A program made the position numbers and the translations under genes. Under the pieces are notes generated by a model, which saw only the letters and a program-made list of their open reading frames with translations, had not been told where the DNA came from and made no database searches. A stretch of 64,000 nt of DNA from Acholeplasmataceae bacterium (GTDB lineage Bacteria > Bacillota_I > Bacilli_A > Acholeplasmatales > Acholeplasmataceae): NCBI GenBank assembly GCA_963675245.1, contig OY775910.1, positions 1,024,001-1,088,000 of the forward strand, given 5' to 3'. This document shows, in pieces, positions 29,453-37,536 of the stretch. The number at the start of each line of letters is the position of its first letter. Within the stretch, counting starts at the first letter, position 1.

Positions 29453-29481
29453 ACGAATCATGGTCGAAAGACCATTTTCGT
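29453..29481 (+). terminator. Intergenic GAAA-tetraloop hairpin (3' stabiliser or leaky terminator)
   Basis: ACGAA..ATGGTC-GAAA-GACCAT..TTCGT after the putative major subunit. Confidence 0.55.
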
Positions 29482-29500
29482 GCGTAAGGAGGTCTCATAG

Positions 29501-30793
29501 ATGGAAATAAGAATACTAAACTTAAAACAAATATCATCATTGATTATTCTTTTCATGCTATCTATGTTCCTCACAACATTTACTTATGCTACCTGGATCA
29601 CAGGAATCGAGGATGGCTTAGGTACAGGTTTAGGTACCATTTCCATTGGTGCATGGACACAAGAACCAGAAGGTATTGATGCTTATAGTCCTACAATTGG
29701 TTATAGTAGTGGTGCGCTTGTCTGGTTTGAAGGTGATTTCTGGATTTATAAAGGTAATTATTCGTTTGGATTAGACCCTTCAATTGCTAATGGATGGACA
29801 TATTTAAACGATCTTAATTGGTATTCAAATATCATTTATCAAGCAAACGAAGTCGTCTATACAAACGGTATTGTATTCCAAACTTCTGGATATACTGTTG
29901 GTGATAATCCACTTGATGGTGCACCGTGGAATAGCATGATGAATAATCAAGTACAGTGGATTACCGGTCAAGCAGTTACCTTAAATGAAATTGTATTTTA
30001 TAATGGTCAATTATGGATATATCACGATTATTATACGACGTCACAACCGGGGTCTAATTCTGGTTGGGGATTAGTTGGTGATTTAACCTATTCAAGTGGA
30101 TTTGTTTATAATACAGGTGATGTAGTTATATATAATGGTACGTATTACATTGCTACAGGATATGCAAAAAATAAGAGACCAGATAAGAATAATAGTCCAT
30201 TTAACGTTCTAAATACTCCAACTTGGTCAAGTAGTATTCCAAATGGTACGACGCATGTACTATATAATGGATTGCTTTATGAAGCACTTATTACTAACAT
30301 AACAACCCTACAAAATGTAGTACCAGGTAGTTCATCATCATATGGTGTGTGGTCTGCGATTAATACACAAACATGGCAACAATACAACACGTATTCATCA
30401 AACGATCTCATTATGTATAACACAGATGTTTTCATGCTTGTCAATGAAAGTAACTCTACAATTATACCGGGTACTGCTGGCAATTCATGGAATTTAATGA
30501 ATAATATGGAATATGATCCATACAGTACATATAGCAATGGCGATTTTGCAGTTGTAAATGGTATTGTTTACGAAGTTGTGAATGCGTCAAATGCGAATTT
30601 ATATGCACCTGAAGTTGCTGCGAATTCATGGAATCGTTTAAGTGGTTATGATTGGTATTGGTTTAACAATTATGACGTTGGTGATATTTTATTCCATGGT
30701 AATGGCGTATATATTGCATTAGCAGCTTCAACCAATATTGAACCAGGTACCTCAGGTTCAGATTCATATTGGAGTTTATACAACGAAAACTAA
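29501..30793 (+). CDS. SipW-type secreted adhesin with ~8 CBM5/12 (ChtBD3)-like repeats
   Basis: Signal ...TFTYA/TW, then LGTISIG; eight repeats of [WY]....Y..GD.V.YNG..Y.A.......P....W; no membrane anchor or catalytic domain seen. Confidence 0.75.
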   Translation: MEIRILNLKQISSLIILFMLSMFLTTFTYATWITGIEDGLGTGLGTISIGAWTQEPEGIDAYSPTIGYSSGALVWFEGDFWIYKGNYSFGLDPSIANGWTYLNDLNWYSNIIYQANEVVYTNGIVFQTSGYTVGDNPLDGAPWNSMMNNQVQWITGQAVTLNEIVFYNGQLWIYHDYYTTSQPGSNSGWGLVGDLTYSSGFVYNTGDVVIYNGTYYIATGYAKNKRPDKNNSPFNVLNTPTWSSSIPNGTTHVLYNGLLYEALITNITTLQNVVPGSSSSYGVWSAINTQTWQQYNTYSSNDLIMYNTDVFMLVNESNSTIIPGTAGNSWNLMNNMEYDPYSTYSNGDFAVVNGIVYEVVNASNANLYAPEVAANSWNRLSGYDWYWFNNYDVGDILFHGNGVYIALAASTNIEPGTSGSDSYWSLYNEN

Positions 30794-30885
30794 TAAAAAA
30801 AAAAATCACACTTCCATTAATCGTTTGACTATTTTATATGATATAATAGCATTGAAAAGCGGTTAAACGGGAGTGTGATTTTCTA

Positions 30886-31452
30886 GTGAAAAGAAGAAAA
30901 AGCAAAAAAACCAGAGTAATTTTACTATCTGGAATCTACAGTTTAATAGGTATATTAGTATTACTGATTGTATTGCTTGCAGCAGCACCTAGTTTTATGC
31001 TCAATACGCTTGGTTTTAGAACATATGTTTCACACTATGATCAAATGGCACCAACGATTGAATCTAACTCACTCGTGTTTATCACGCAAGTTGATTTAAT
31101 GAATATTGAAAGCAATGATTTAATCACATTCCAATCTAATACAGATTTAAATGATGATGGTCGGAATGATTTGATCACTGGTTATTTTGATCGTACGAAC
31201 GGTACAGGAGATGCTGCTGATTATTATTTCAGAAGTGAAGGTTCCGTAGGAGATTGGGCAGTTATTCAATCAGGTAATATAATTGGTGGTTATGGATTCA
31301 GCATCCCTATATTGGGATTAATTATTGATTTTATTGGTAGTCCATTTGGCATTGCAGTTGTTTGTGTAAATATTGCCATCATTTCAGGCATTGTGTTTAT
31401 AGTGAAACAAGGTAGTAAAAAAGAACCAAAAGAAACACAAAAAGAACAGTAA
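30886..31452 (+). CDS. SipW/S26B signal-peptidase-like membrane protein, catalytic residues apparently lost
   Basis: TM, G.R.Y...YDQMAPTI..NSLVF...D...I..NDLITF...ITGY..., IP.LG....F..SP.G, TM. Collinear with the active paralog, but SGSM is YDQM and VVHR is ITGY. GTG start. Confidence 0.65.
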   Translation: MKRRKSKKTRVILLSGIYSLIGILVLLIVLLAAAPSFMLNTLGFRTYVSHYDQMAPTIESNSLVFITQVDLMNIESNDLITFQSNTDLNDDGRNDLITGYFDRTNGTGDAADYYFRSEGSVGDWAVIQSGNIIGGYGFSIPILGLIIDFIGSPFGIAVVCVNIAIISGIVFIVKQGSKKEPKETQKEQ

Positions 31453-31460
31453 GAGAGATT

Positions 31461-32105
31461 ATGAATCAAAGATTATTAACAACAGATGAATTACTTGATC
31501 AGTTAAAGGAGTCTCTTAGTGATTCCTATCAAACGCAATTAATACATCACAAACATAAAAAAATACAGTATTATATATTTTGGGGCATTGTAGCTATTGC
31601 AGTGCTTCATTTGTTATTGGTTTCATTACCGCTTATGATAGGTGTAAAAAATACAGTGAATGTTATCGGTCAAGCAAGAGTAGTTGGGATCCCTTATGTT
31701 CCTGGAGAAGTTCTTGAACGAGAAGGTCATACGATTGTTTTAAATCGATATGATGTGAGCAACATAGCAATTGATGACCATGTTGTGATCTATGGTATAT
31801 TAGATACAACATATTATTGGGATGTTATCATTACTGATTTCGATGTGAGTCAAGAAATTGTGAGTGTATCATACGATGGTTTGTATTCACTTGATTATTC
31901 GTTTAATGATATTCAAGGTGTTTATGTAAGAGATGCAAACTTCATGGGTATCATTATGTTTGTTTCTTCAAGAATTACAGGATTGATCACAACACTAGTT
32001 ATTTATGGAAGTGTAATTACGATATATTATGTCATAGTTATTAAAGAAATAAAAGTTATTGAAAAGAGGGATCATCATGAGCAAGAAGGGACATATCCAT
32101 CATAA
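31461..32105 (+). CDS. Two-TM membrane protein, probably a highly degenerate SipW-like paralog
   Basis: TM, IG..RVV, YD...I.IDD.VVIY, beta-rich loop, DIQGVY....N.MG...F.SS..G, TM; same layout as its neighbours, no catalytic motifs. Confidence 0.5.
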   Translation: MNQRLLTTDELLDQLKESLSDSYQTQLIHHKHKKIQYYIFWGIVAIAVLHLLLVSLPLMIGVKNTVNVIGQARVVGIPYVPGEVLEREGHTIVLNRYDVSNIAIDDHVVIYGILDTTYYWDVIITDFDVSQEIVSVSYDGLYSLDYSFNDIQGVYVRDANFMGIIMFVSSRITGLITTLVIYGSVITIYYVIVIKEIKVIEKRDHHEQEGTYPS

Positions 32106-32808
32106 AAAACTGATAGGTTCAATTATCTTTTACGTGCTTATGGCATTTCTTTTATATTATATTGCAGTAAACTTAATTGTCCCTGATCGAACCGTGCGAT
32201 TAGCGGGATTCCAATTATCAATTATACCTTCTGGTTCGATGGAACCCAATATCATGATTGGTGATATCATTATTATGACAAATATTGATAGTGAAAAAGT
32301 TAAAGAAAATGATATCGTCGTTTATTATAATTATATTGATCCAAATCAAGATGGTGTTTATACATATGAACGTGTTGTTCACCGTGTTATTTCAACCGAG
32401 GTCGTCGGAAATGAAACAAGAATAATTACTAAGGGTGATAATAATTCAGCAAATGACATCATCAGAAATAGTAGTGGTATGATTGAAGGTTATTTGACAA
32501 CGAAAGATGTCATTGCTCAAGTTCCTCAAATTGGATCGAATCATTGGGTACTACGTATTCCACAAGTTGGATATGTGATGCTTTATGCGCAATGGTTTGT
32601 AAGATTTATGATTTCAAATCCTATTCTGTTATTATTAGTGGTTGTCAATGTTGCAGTCATTGTTACATTGATTGTTGTTATTGTTAAAGGTAATAAAGCG
32701 AAACATGTCGCAGGTACAAAAGAAGAAGAATCGCGCATTAAAGCGAATGATGTAACTGATGAAACTGAACATGAACGTGATGATGATGAAGAGGATGGTA
32801 GTGCATGA
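32077..32808 (+). CDS. sipW: Signal peptidase I, SipW/S26B (ER-type, Ser-His)
   Basis: IPSGSMEP.I..GD, RVVHRV, TKGDNN...D, IP.VGY, flanking TM helices; ATG 32077 after GAGGG. Confidence 0.9.
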   Translation: MSKKGHIHHKKLIGSIIFYVLMAFLLYYIAVNLIVPDRTVRLAGFQLSIIPSGSMEPNIMIGDIIIMTNIDSEKVKENDIVVYYNYIDPNQDGVYTYERVVHRVISTEVVGNETRIITKGDNNSANDIIRNSSGMIEGYLTTKDVIAQVPQIGSNHWVLRIPQVGYVMLYAQWFVRFMISNPILLLLVVVNVAVIVTLIVVIVKGNKAKHVAGTKEEESRIKANDVTDETEHERDDDEEDGSA

Positions 32809-33455
32809 CATGGGATATGTTTGTTCAAGATGAACTCAAAAAACCATATTTTCAGTCGCTTGTCTCTTTTTTAAAAGAAGAAGACAAGCATAAAGTTATT
32901 CTGCCACCAAAAGATAATCGATTGGCGTGTTTTAAACTGACACCTTATGATGAAGTTAAAGTTGTTATAGTTGGTCAAGATCCTTATCATAATGTTCATC
33001 AAGCACACGGATTAGCTTTTAGTGTGGAAAGTGGTAAATTTCCACCAAGTCTTCAAAACATATATAAAGAATTAGTAAGTGATTTAGGTGTGAGTTATCC
33101 CACAACAGGCAACTTAACAGCATGGGCAAAACAAGGTGTGCTTTTATTAAATACAGTATTGACAGTTGAGATACATAAACCTTTATCACATCAACATCAA
33201 GGTTGGGAAACATTCACGTTAGAAGCGATTAAAAAAGTGAATGAAAAAGATGATTGTGTCATCTTTATATTATGGGGTGCCAAAGCGAAAGCTTATATAA
33301 AATATATTGATGTAAAAAAGCATCGTGTGATTACATCTGTTCACCCATCTCCTTTTTCAGCAAGAAATGGCTTTTTTGGATCAAAACCATTTAGTCAAAC
33401 TAATGCGTATTTAAAGGAAGCAGGAAAAAAACCAATTGATTGGTCATTATCCTAG
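32805..33455 (+). CDS. ung: Uracil-DNA glycosylase
   Basis: GQDPYH, AHGLAFSV, PPSLQNI, WAKQGVLLLN, HPSPFS. Confidence 0.97.
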   Translation: MTWDMFVQDELKKPYFQSLVSFLKEEDKHKVILPPKDNRLACFKLTPYDEVKVVIVGQDPYHNVHQAHGLAFSVESGKFPPSLQNIYKELVSDLGVSYPTTGNLTAWAKQGVLLLNTVLTVEIHKPLSHQHQGWETFTLEAIKKVNEKDDCVIFILWGAKAKAYIKYIDVKKHRVITSVHPSPFSARNGFFGSKPFSQTNAYLKEAGKKPIDWSLS

Positions 33456-33498
33456 CATTTCATTACAATTTTAAGTAAAAGAGCGTATAATAAATGAT

Positions 33499-33588
33499 AC
33501 AGAGTAGCTAGAATGCGTAAAGTGTCTGACCATGGGATGTCGGGTTGGAACGAACACGAAAGTGGCGGTAATCTAGCGCGTCCGCTGT
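33499..33588 (+). ncRNA. THF (tetrahydrofolate) riboswitch
   Basis: ACAGAGTAG...TGCGTAAAGTG...GGGATGT...AACGAA...GCGG...GCGTCCGCTGT follows the THF-I consensus and lies upstream of a folate ECF S component. Confidence 0.9.
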
Positions 33589-33628
33589 AAAGTATTTTAT
33601 AGTGGGCCTCAAGAGGAGGTCTTTTTTC

Positions 33629-34174
33629 ATGGAAACACACAGATTGTTAAAAAAAGTTGCGTTAGCAGCAGTCTTTACGGCCGTTTCAATTGTTATTGAT
33701 ATCTTTTTCAAACAATTACTTGGATTGCCAAACTTTGGTGTGCCATTTTATGCCATACCACTTGTTTATGGGTCGATTTTATTAGGACCTGCCTATGGTG
33801 TCATCATGAGTGTCATCAGTGATGCAGTAGGTGTTATGTTATCCCCGTATGGGTATTTACCATTGTTTGTCATTGCTCCTGTTTTCTGGGGATTATTACC
33901 AGGAATTATTATGGGGAAAAAGAAGAAAAATTGGATGAGATTAGCGATTGCGATTTTCGCTACGTACTTATTCGCATCACTTGCTAATACGCTCGCGATT
34001 TTCTATTATTATGGTGAAGGTTCAGCTTTGGCAACACTTTTGAGTCGCGTGGGACTTATTCCATTTAATACGATTATCATGTTTTTCATCATTAAAGAAC
34101 TGATTAAAAAACTTGAACCGATTAGTGAACGATTCTTTGATCAACCATTAAAAGCAGATGAGTCGGAAATATAA
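33629..34174 (+). CDS. folT: Folate ECF transporter S component
   Basis: K.VALAAVFTAVSIVI, GSILLGP.YG, SDAVG, ~6 TM helices; THF riboswitch upstream; RBS GAGGAGG before ATG 33629. Confidence 0.85.
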   Translation: METHRLLKKVALAAVFTAVSIVIDIFFKQLLGLPNFGVPFYAIPLVYGSILLGPAYGVIMSVISDAVGVMLSPYGYLPLFVIAPVFWGLLPGIIMGKKKKNWMRLAIAIFATYLFASLANTLAIFYYYGEGSALATLLSRVGLIPFNTIIMFFIIKELIKKLEPISERFFDQPLKADESEI

Positions 34175-34197
34175 GCACTTAAAGTGCTTTTATTTTT
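34173..34197 (+). terminator. Intrinsic terminator after folT
   Basis: AAGCACT-TAA-AGTGCTT followed by TTATTTTT. Confidence 0.6.
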
Positions 34198-34220
34198 GAT
34201 ATAATGGAGGTGGTGATGAA

Positions 34221-35507
34221 ATGACGAAAATTATTGGTGCGGGATTAGCTGGTGTGGAAGCTGCATATTATCTTGCAAATCACGGCATAGATGTCACACT
34301 CTATGAAATGCGTCCACACAAAATGACACCCGCCCATCAAACAGGCAACTTTGCAGAATTAGTATGTTCAAACTCACTTAGATCTGATGACATTAAAAAT
34401 GCCGTCGGTCTTTTAAAGAAAGAAATGGAAACCATTGGATCTTTGGTCATGCAAGCTGCACGACATGCGAGTGTCCCTGCAGGATCTAGTTTAGCCGTTG
34501 ATCGTAAACTATTCTCAAGTTTTATTATGGACAAATTAGAGCATCATCCCCGTATTACAATCGTTAGAGAAGAAGTTAAAGACATAGATTTAAATACACC
34601 TACTATCGTGTGTGCAGGACCACTTGTAAGTGATGACTTATCATCATATTTACAAAAACTATTACATCAAAGTTATCTTCATTTCTATGATGCTATCGCT
34701 CCAATCATTGATGCTGATTCTATTAACTTAGATATTGCTTATTTAAAGAGTAGATATGATAAGGGTGAAGCTGCTTATATTAATTGTCCAATGACAAAAG
34801 CGGAATATGAAGCATTTTATGATGCGTTAATACACGCTGAAACAGTCAGTGTTAAAGGTTTTGAAAACAATGTTTTTGAAGGGTGTATGCCATTTGAAAC
34901 GATGGCTTCACGTGGCCATGATACACTATTATATGGCCCAATGAAACCAGTCGGATTAGAAGTTGAAGGAAGAGAAAAACCCTATGCAGTTGTGCAATTA
35001 AGACAAGATGATGCAGCTAAACAAATGTATAACATTGTTGGTTTTCAAACACATCTTACGTGGCCAGAACAAAAACGCATTATCCAAATGATCCCTGGTT
35101 TAGAGAATGCTAAGATTCTGCGTTATGGTGTGATGCATAGAAATACATATATTGAAAGTCCTAAAGTATTAAATAACGGTTATCAAGTTAAAGATCATTC
35201 TAACCTTTTTATTGCTGGACAAATCAGTGGTGTTGAAGGTTATGTAGAGAGTGCTGCATCTGGATTGAATGCAGCAATACAATTAGTTAGAGTCATTCAA
35301 GGAAAAGAAATTAATCCATTGCCAAGAGAAACGATGATGGGGGCAATGGCTCATTATATTTCCACATCCAATCAATCGTTCGTTCCTATGAATGCGAATT
35401 TAGGGTTATTTCCTGAGTTAGGATTTAAACATTATAAAAAAGAACGGAAAGAACTATATGCTGGACGTTCATTGGTGGCGTTAGATCAGTACTTGGAGGA
35501 ATTATGA
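34221..35507 (+). CDS. trmFO: Folate/FAD-dependent tRNA m5U54 methyltransferase
   Basis: IIGAGLAGVEAA, AELVCSNS, FEGCMP, GPMKPVGL, VGFQT, RYGVMHRN, AGQISGVEGY. Confidence 0.96.
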   Translation: MTKIIGAGLAGVEAAYYLANHGIDVTLYEMRPHKMTPAHQTGNFAELVCSNSLRSDDIKNAVGLLKKEMETIGSLVMQAARHASVPAGSSLAVDRKLFSSFIMDKLEHHPRITIVREEVKDIDLNTPTIVCAGPLVSDDLSSYLQKLLHQSYLHFYDAIAPIIDADSINLDIAYLKSRYDKGEAAYINCPMTKAEYEAFYDALIHAETVSVKGFENNVFEGCMPFETMASRGHDTLLYGPMKPVGLEVEGREKPYAVVQLRQDDAAKQMYNIVGFQTHLTWPEQKRIIQMIPGLENAKILRYGVMHRNTYIESPKVLNNGYQVKDHSNLFIAGQISGVEGYVESAASGLNAAIQLVRVIQGKEINPLPRETMMGAMAHYISTSNQSFVPMNANLGLFPELGFKHYKKERKELYAGRSLVALDQYLEEL

Positions 35508-36418
35508 ATCCAGTTAAAGCTTTTATAGATTATTTAACAAATGAAAAGAATTACTCTGAACACACATTAATTAGCTATGAACGTGACATTCTAGATTTTG
35601 AAGCGTTTATTGAACATGAAGAATTAGCGCCAGATTTGCTAGGTGTGAAAAGAGAAAGATTGGGCAGACATTTCTTATCGCATTTAGATGAATTGGGATT
35701 AAGTAAAAAAACAATTGCTAGAAAAATATCAGCTCTCCGTACGTTTTATGGGTATTTACAAAAACAAGAGATGATTGATATCAATATTTTTAAAGATTTG
35801 GAAATTCCTAAAATTCCTAAAAAATTACCGAGTATGATTGATGATGATGAAATTGAAATGATATTTAAATCTATCGACCAGTCAACACCATTAGGTTATC
35901 GTAATTACGTCATTTTTGATTTATTATATAGCTGCGGTTTACGTGCGAGTGAACTAATTGGTATGACAACTAAAGATATTCAATTAAATGCCGAACAAAT
36001 TTTAATTCATGGGAAAGGTTCAAAAGATCGTTACGTACCTCTTCATGCTCATTTAATTGATGAACTTAAACATTATTTAACATACACGAGACCTGTTTTA
36101 TTATCTAAAGGTCATGACATAACAGTTCGTGAAGTTCTTCTGAACTATAGAGGTGGTCCATTGACCGTTAGAGGACTGCAATTGATCTTAAAAAAGATTA
36201 TTAAAGATTCTGGTGAAACATTTAAAATTCACCCACATATGTTAAGACATGCATTCGCAACCACACTTCTAAATCATGGTGCTGATTTACGTGTTGTTCA
36301 AGAATTATTAGGACATGCTCATTTAAAATCCACACAGATTTATACGCATGTTTCATCTGAAAAAATACGTGAATCATATCGTGATAAACATCCTAGGATG
36401 GTAAAAAAAAATGATTAG
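35504..36418 (+). CDS. xerC: Tyrosine recombinase XerC/CodV
   Basis: LYSCGLRASE, GKGSKDR, HPHMLRHAFAT, VQELLGH...STQIYTH; trmFO-xerC synteny. Confidence 0.9.
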   Translation: MNPVKAFIDYLTNEKNYSEHTLISYERDILDFEAFIEHEELAPDLLGVKRERLGRHFLSHLDELGLSKKTIARKISALRTFYGYLQKQEMIDINIFKDLEIPKIPKKLPSMIDDDEIEMIFKSIDQSTPLGYRNYVIFDLLYSCGLRASELIGMTTKDIQLNAEQILIHGKGSKDRYVPLHAHLIDELKHYLTYTRPVLLSKGHDITVREVLLNYRGGPLTVRGLQLILKKIIKDSGETFKIHPHMLRHAFATTLLNHGADLRVVQELLGHAHLKSTQIYTHVSSEKIRESYRDKHPRMVKKND

Positions 36419-36974
36419 TTTAGGACCACTCATTATCGAAGAAGGCCTCGTATTCGATCGAAAACCAAAGACGAGACAAACAGCAAGAGCAATTATAATC
36501 AATGAGAAATACGAACTCTTGATGGCGTATTCTAATCTCTTTAAGGATTATACATTTGCAGGTGGTGGATTAAAGTCTGGTGAAGACTTTGAAATGGCTT
36601 TAAAAAGGGAATTATCAGAAGAGTTTGGTGCATCGGATATATCCATACACAAAGCACTAGGGTATACACAAGAATTACGTTATGGCATCCGCGGTGAAGC
36701 AGATATATATATCCAAACATCCATTTACTATATGTGTAAAATCAATCAATTTAAGACACCTGATTTACATGATCGAGAAGTGAAACATGGTTTAGAACCA
36801 GAGTGGGTTTCAATTGATGATGCGTTAAAACAAAATGAATTTATCATTATTGACGAAAGGCACCAAACCAAAGGGTTGAAAACGGTGCTCGTTCGTGAAA
36901 ATATGGTCTTAAAAAAACTAAAGGAGAAAAAGGTATGCGACGATTTGAAAGAGTATCTACATTCGAACATTTAA
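36411..36974 (+). CDS. NUDIX hydrolase
   Basis: Nudix box GGGLKSGEDFEMALKRELSEEFG. Confidence 0.88.
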   Translation: MISLGPLIIEEGLVFDRKPKTRQTARAIIINEKYELLMAYSNLFKDYTFAGGGLKSGEDFEMALKRELSEEFGASDISIHKALGYTQELRYGIRGEADIYIQTSIYYMCKINQFKTPDLHDREVKHGLEPEWVSIDDALKQNEFIIIDERHQTKGLKTVLVRENMVLKKLKEKKVCDDLKEYLHSNI

Positions 36975-37381
36975 AACCCAAATTACCACAAAGACAAACG
37001 GCTCATTCAGCAGGTTATGATCTTGCGTCTCTTGAAGAAGTAATGATCAAACCTGGTGAGATTCAAATGATTCCAACGGGAATCAAAGTGAAACTCCCAA
37101 ATGATGAGGCGTTATTCATTTATCCAAGGTCATCTTTAGGCATTAAAAAGCATCTCATGATGTCCAATTCAGTAGGTGTTGTGGATGCTGATTATTATAA
37201 CAACGATCACAATGAAGGGCACATCATGATTCCGCTTTTAAATTTTGGGGTTGAACCTGTTACAATCGCAGCAGGAGAACGTGTGGCTCAAGGTGTATTC
37301 ATGCGCTTTATGAAGACCACAGACGATGAAGCAGCAAATTCAACGCGTTTAGGTGGATTTGGTAGTAGTGGAAAACACTAA
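36935..37381 (+). CDS. dut: dUTP diphosphatase
   Basis: SAGYDL, PRSS, GVVDADYY, GERVAQG, RLGGFGSSG. Confidence 0.95.
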   Translation: MRRFERVSTFEHLKPKLPQRQTAHSAGYDLASLEEVMIKPGEIQMIPTGIKVKLPNDEALFIYPRSSLGIKKHLMMSNSVGVVDADYYNNDHNEGHIMIPLLNFGVEPVTIAAGERVAQGVFMRFMKTTDDEAANSTRLGGFGSSGKH

Positions 37382-37444
37382 TTTAAGCGTTACCTGTTGC
37401 AAATCCATATATAATATGATATATTTAATAAGGCTATAAGAAAT

Positions 37445-37520
37445 CACATGCGCGATGCTTAATCTTTCCAGTGCCTATAAGGTGAAAGCTAAATGAGTCG
37501 TGCAGAGGAAAACAAACAAA
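37445..37520 (+). promoter_or_regulatory. Probable rpsB leader (t44/S2 autoregulatory RNA)
   Basis: CACATGCGCGA...GTGCC...TCGTGCAGAGG: TGCGCGA/TCGTGCA pairing plus GAGG, like t44-type leaders; downstream of a TTGCAA...TATGAT promoter. Confidence 0.55.
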
Positions 37521-37536
37521 AAGGAGATGTAATTTT

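Noticed and set aside
30825..30847. TTGACT...TATAAT as a canonical -35/-10 pair
   Set aside because: Spacing is only 11 nt; only the extended -10 is credible.
33499..35507. THF riboswitch also controlling folate-dependent trmFO
   Set aside because: A terminator-like hairpin (34173-97) and an extended -10 TGATATAAT just after it separate folT from trmFO, so co-regulation is unsupported.
35504..36418. Tyrosine recombinase as a prophage or ICE integrase
   Set aside because: Size, motifs and trmFO-xerC synteny fit housekeeping XerC; no phage or conjugation genes nearby.
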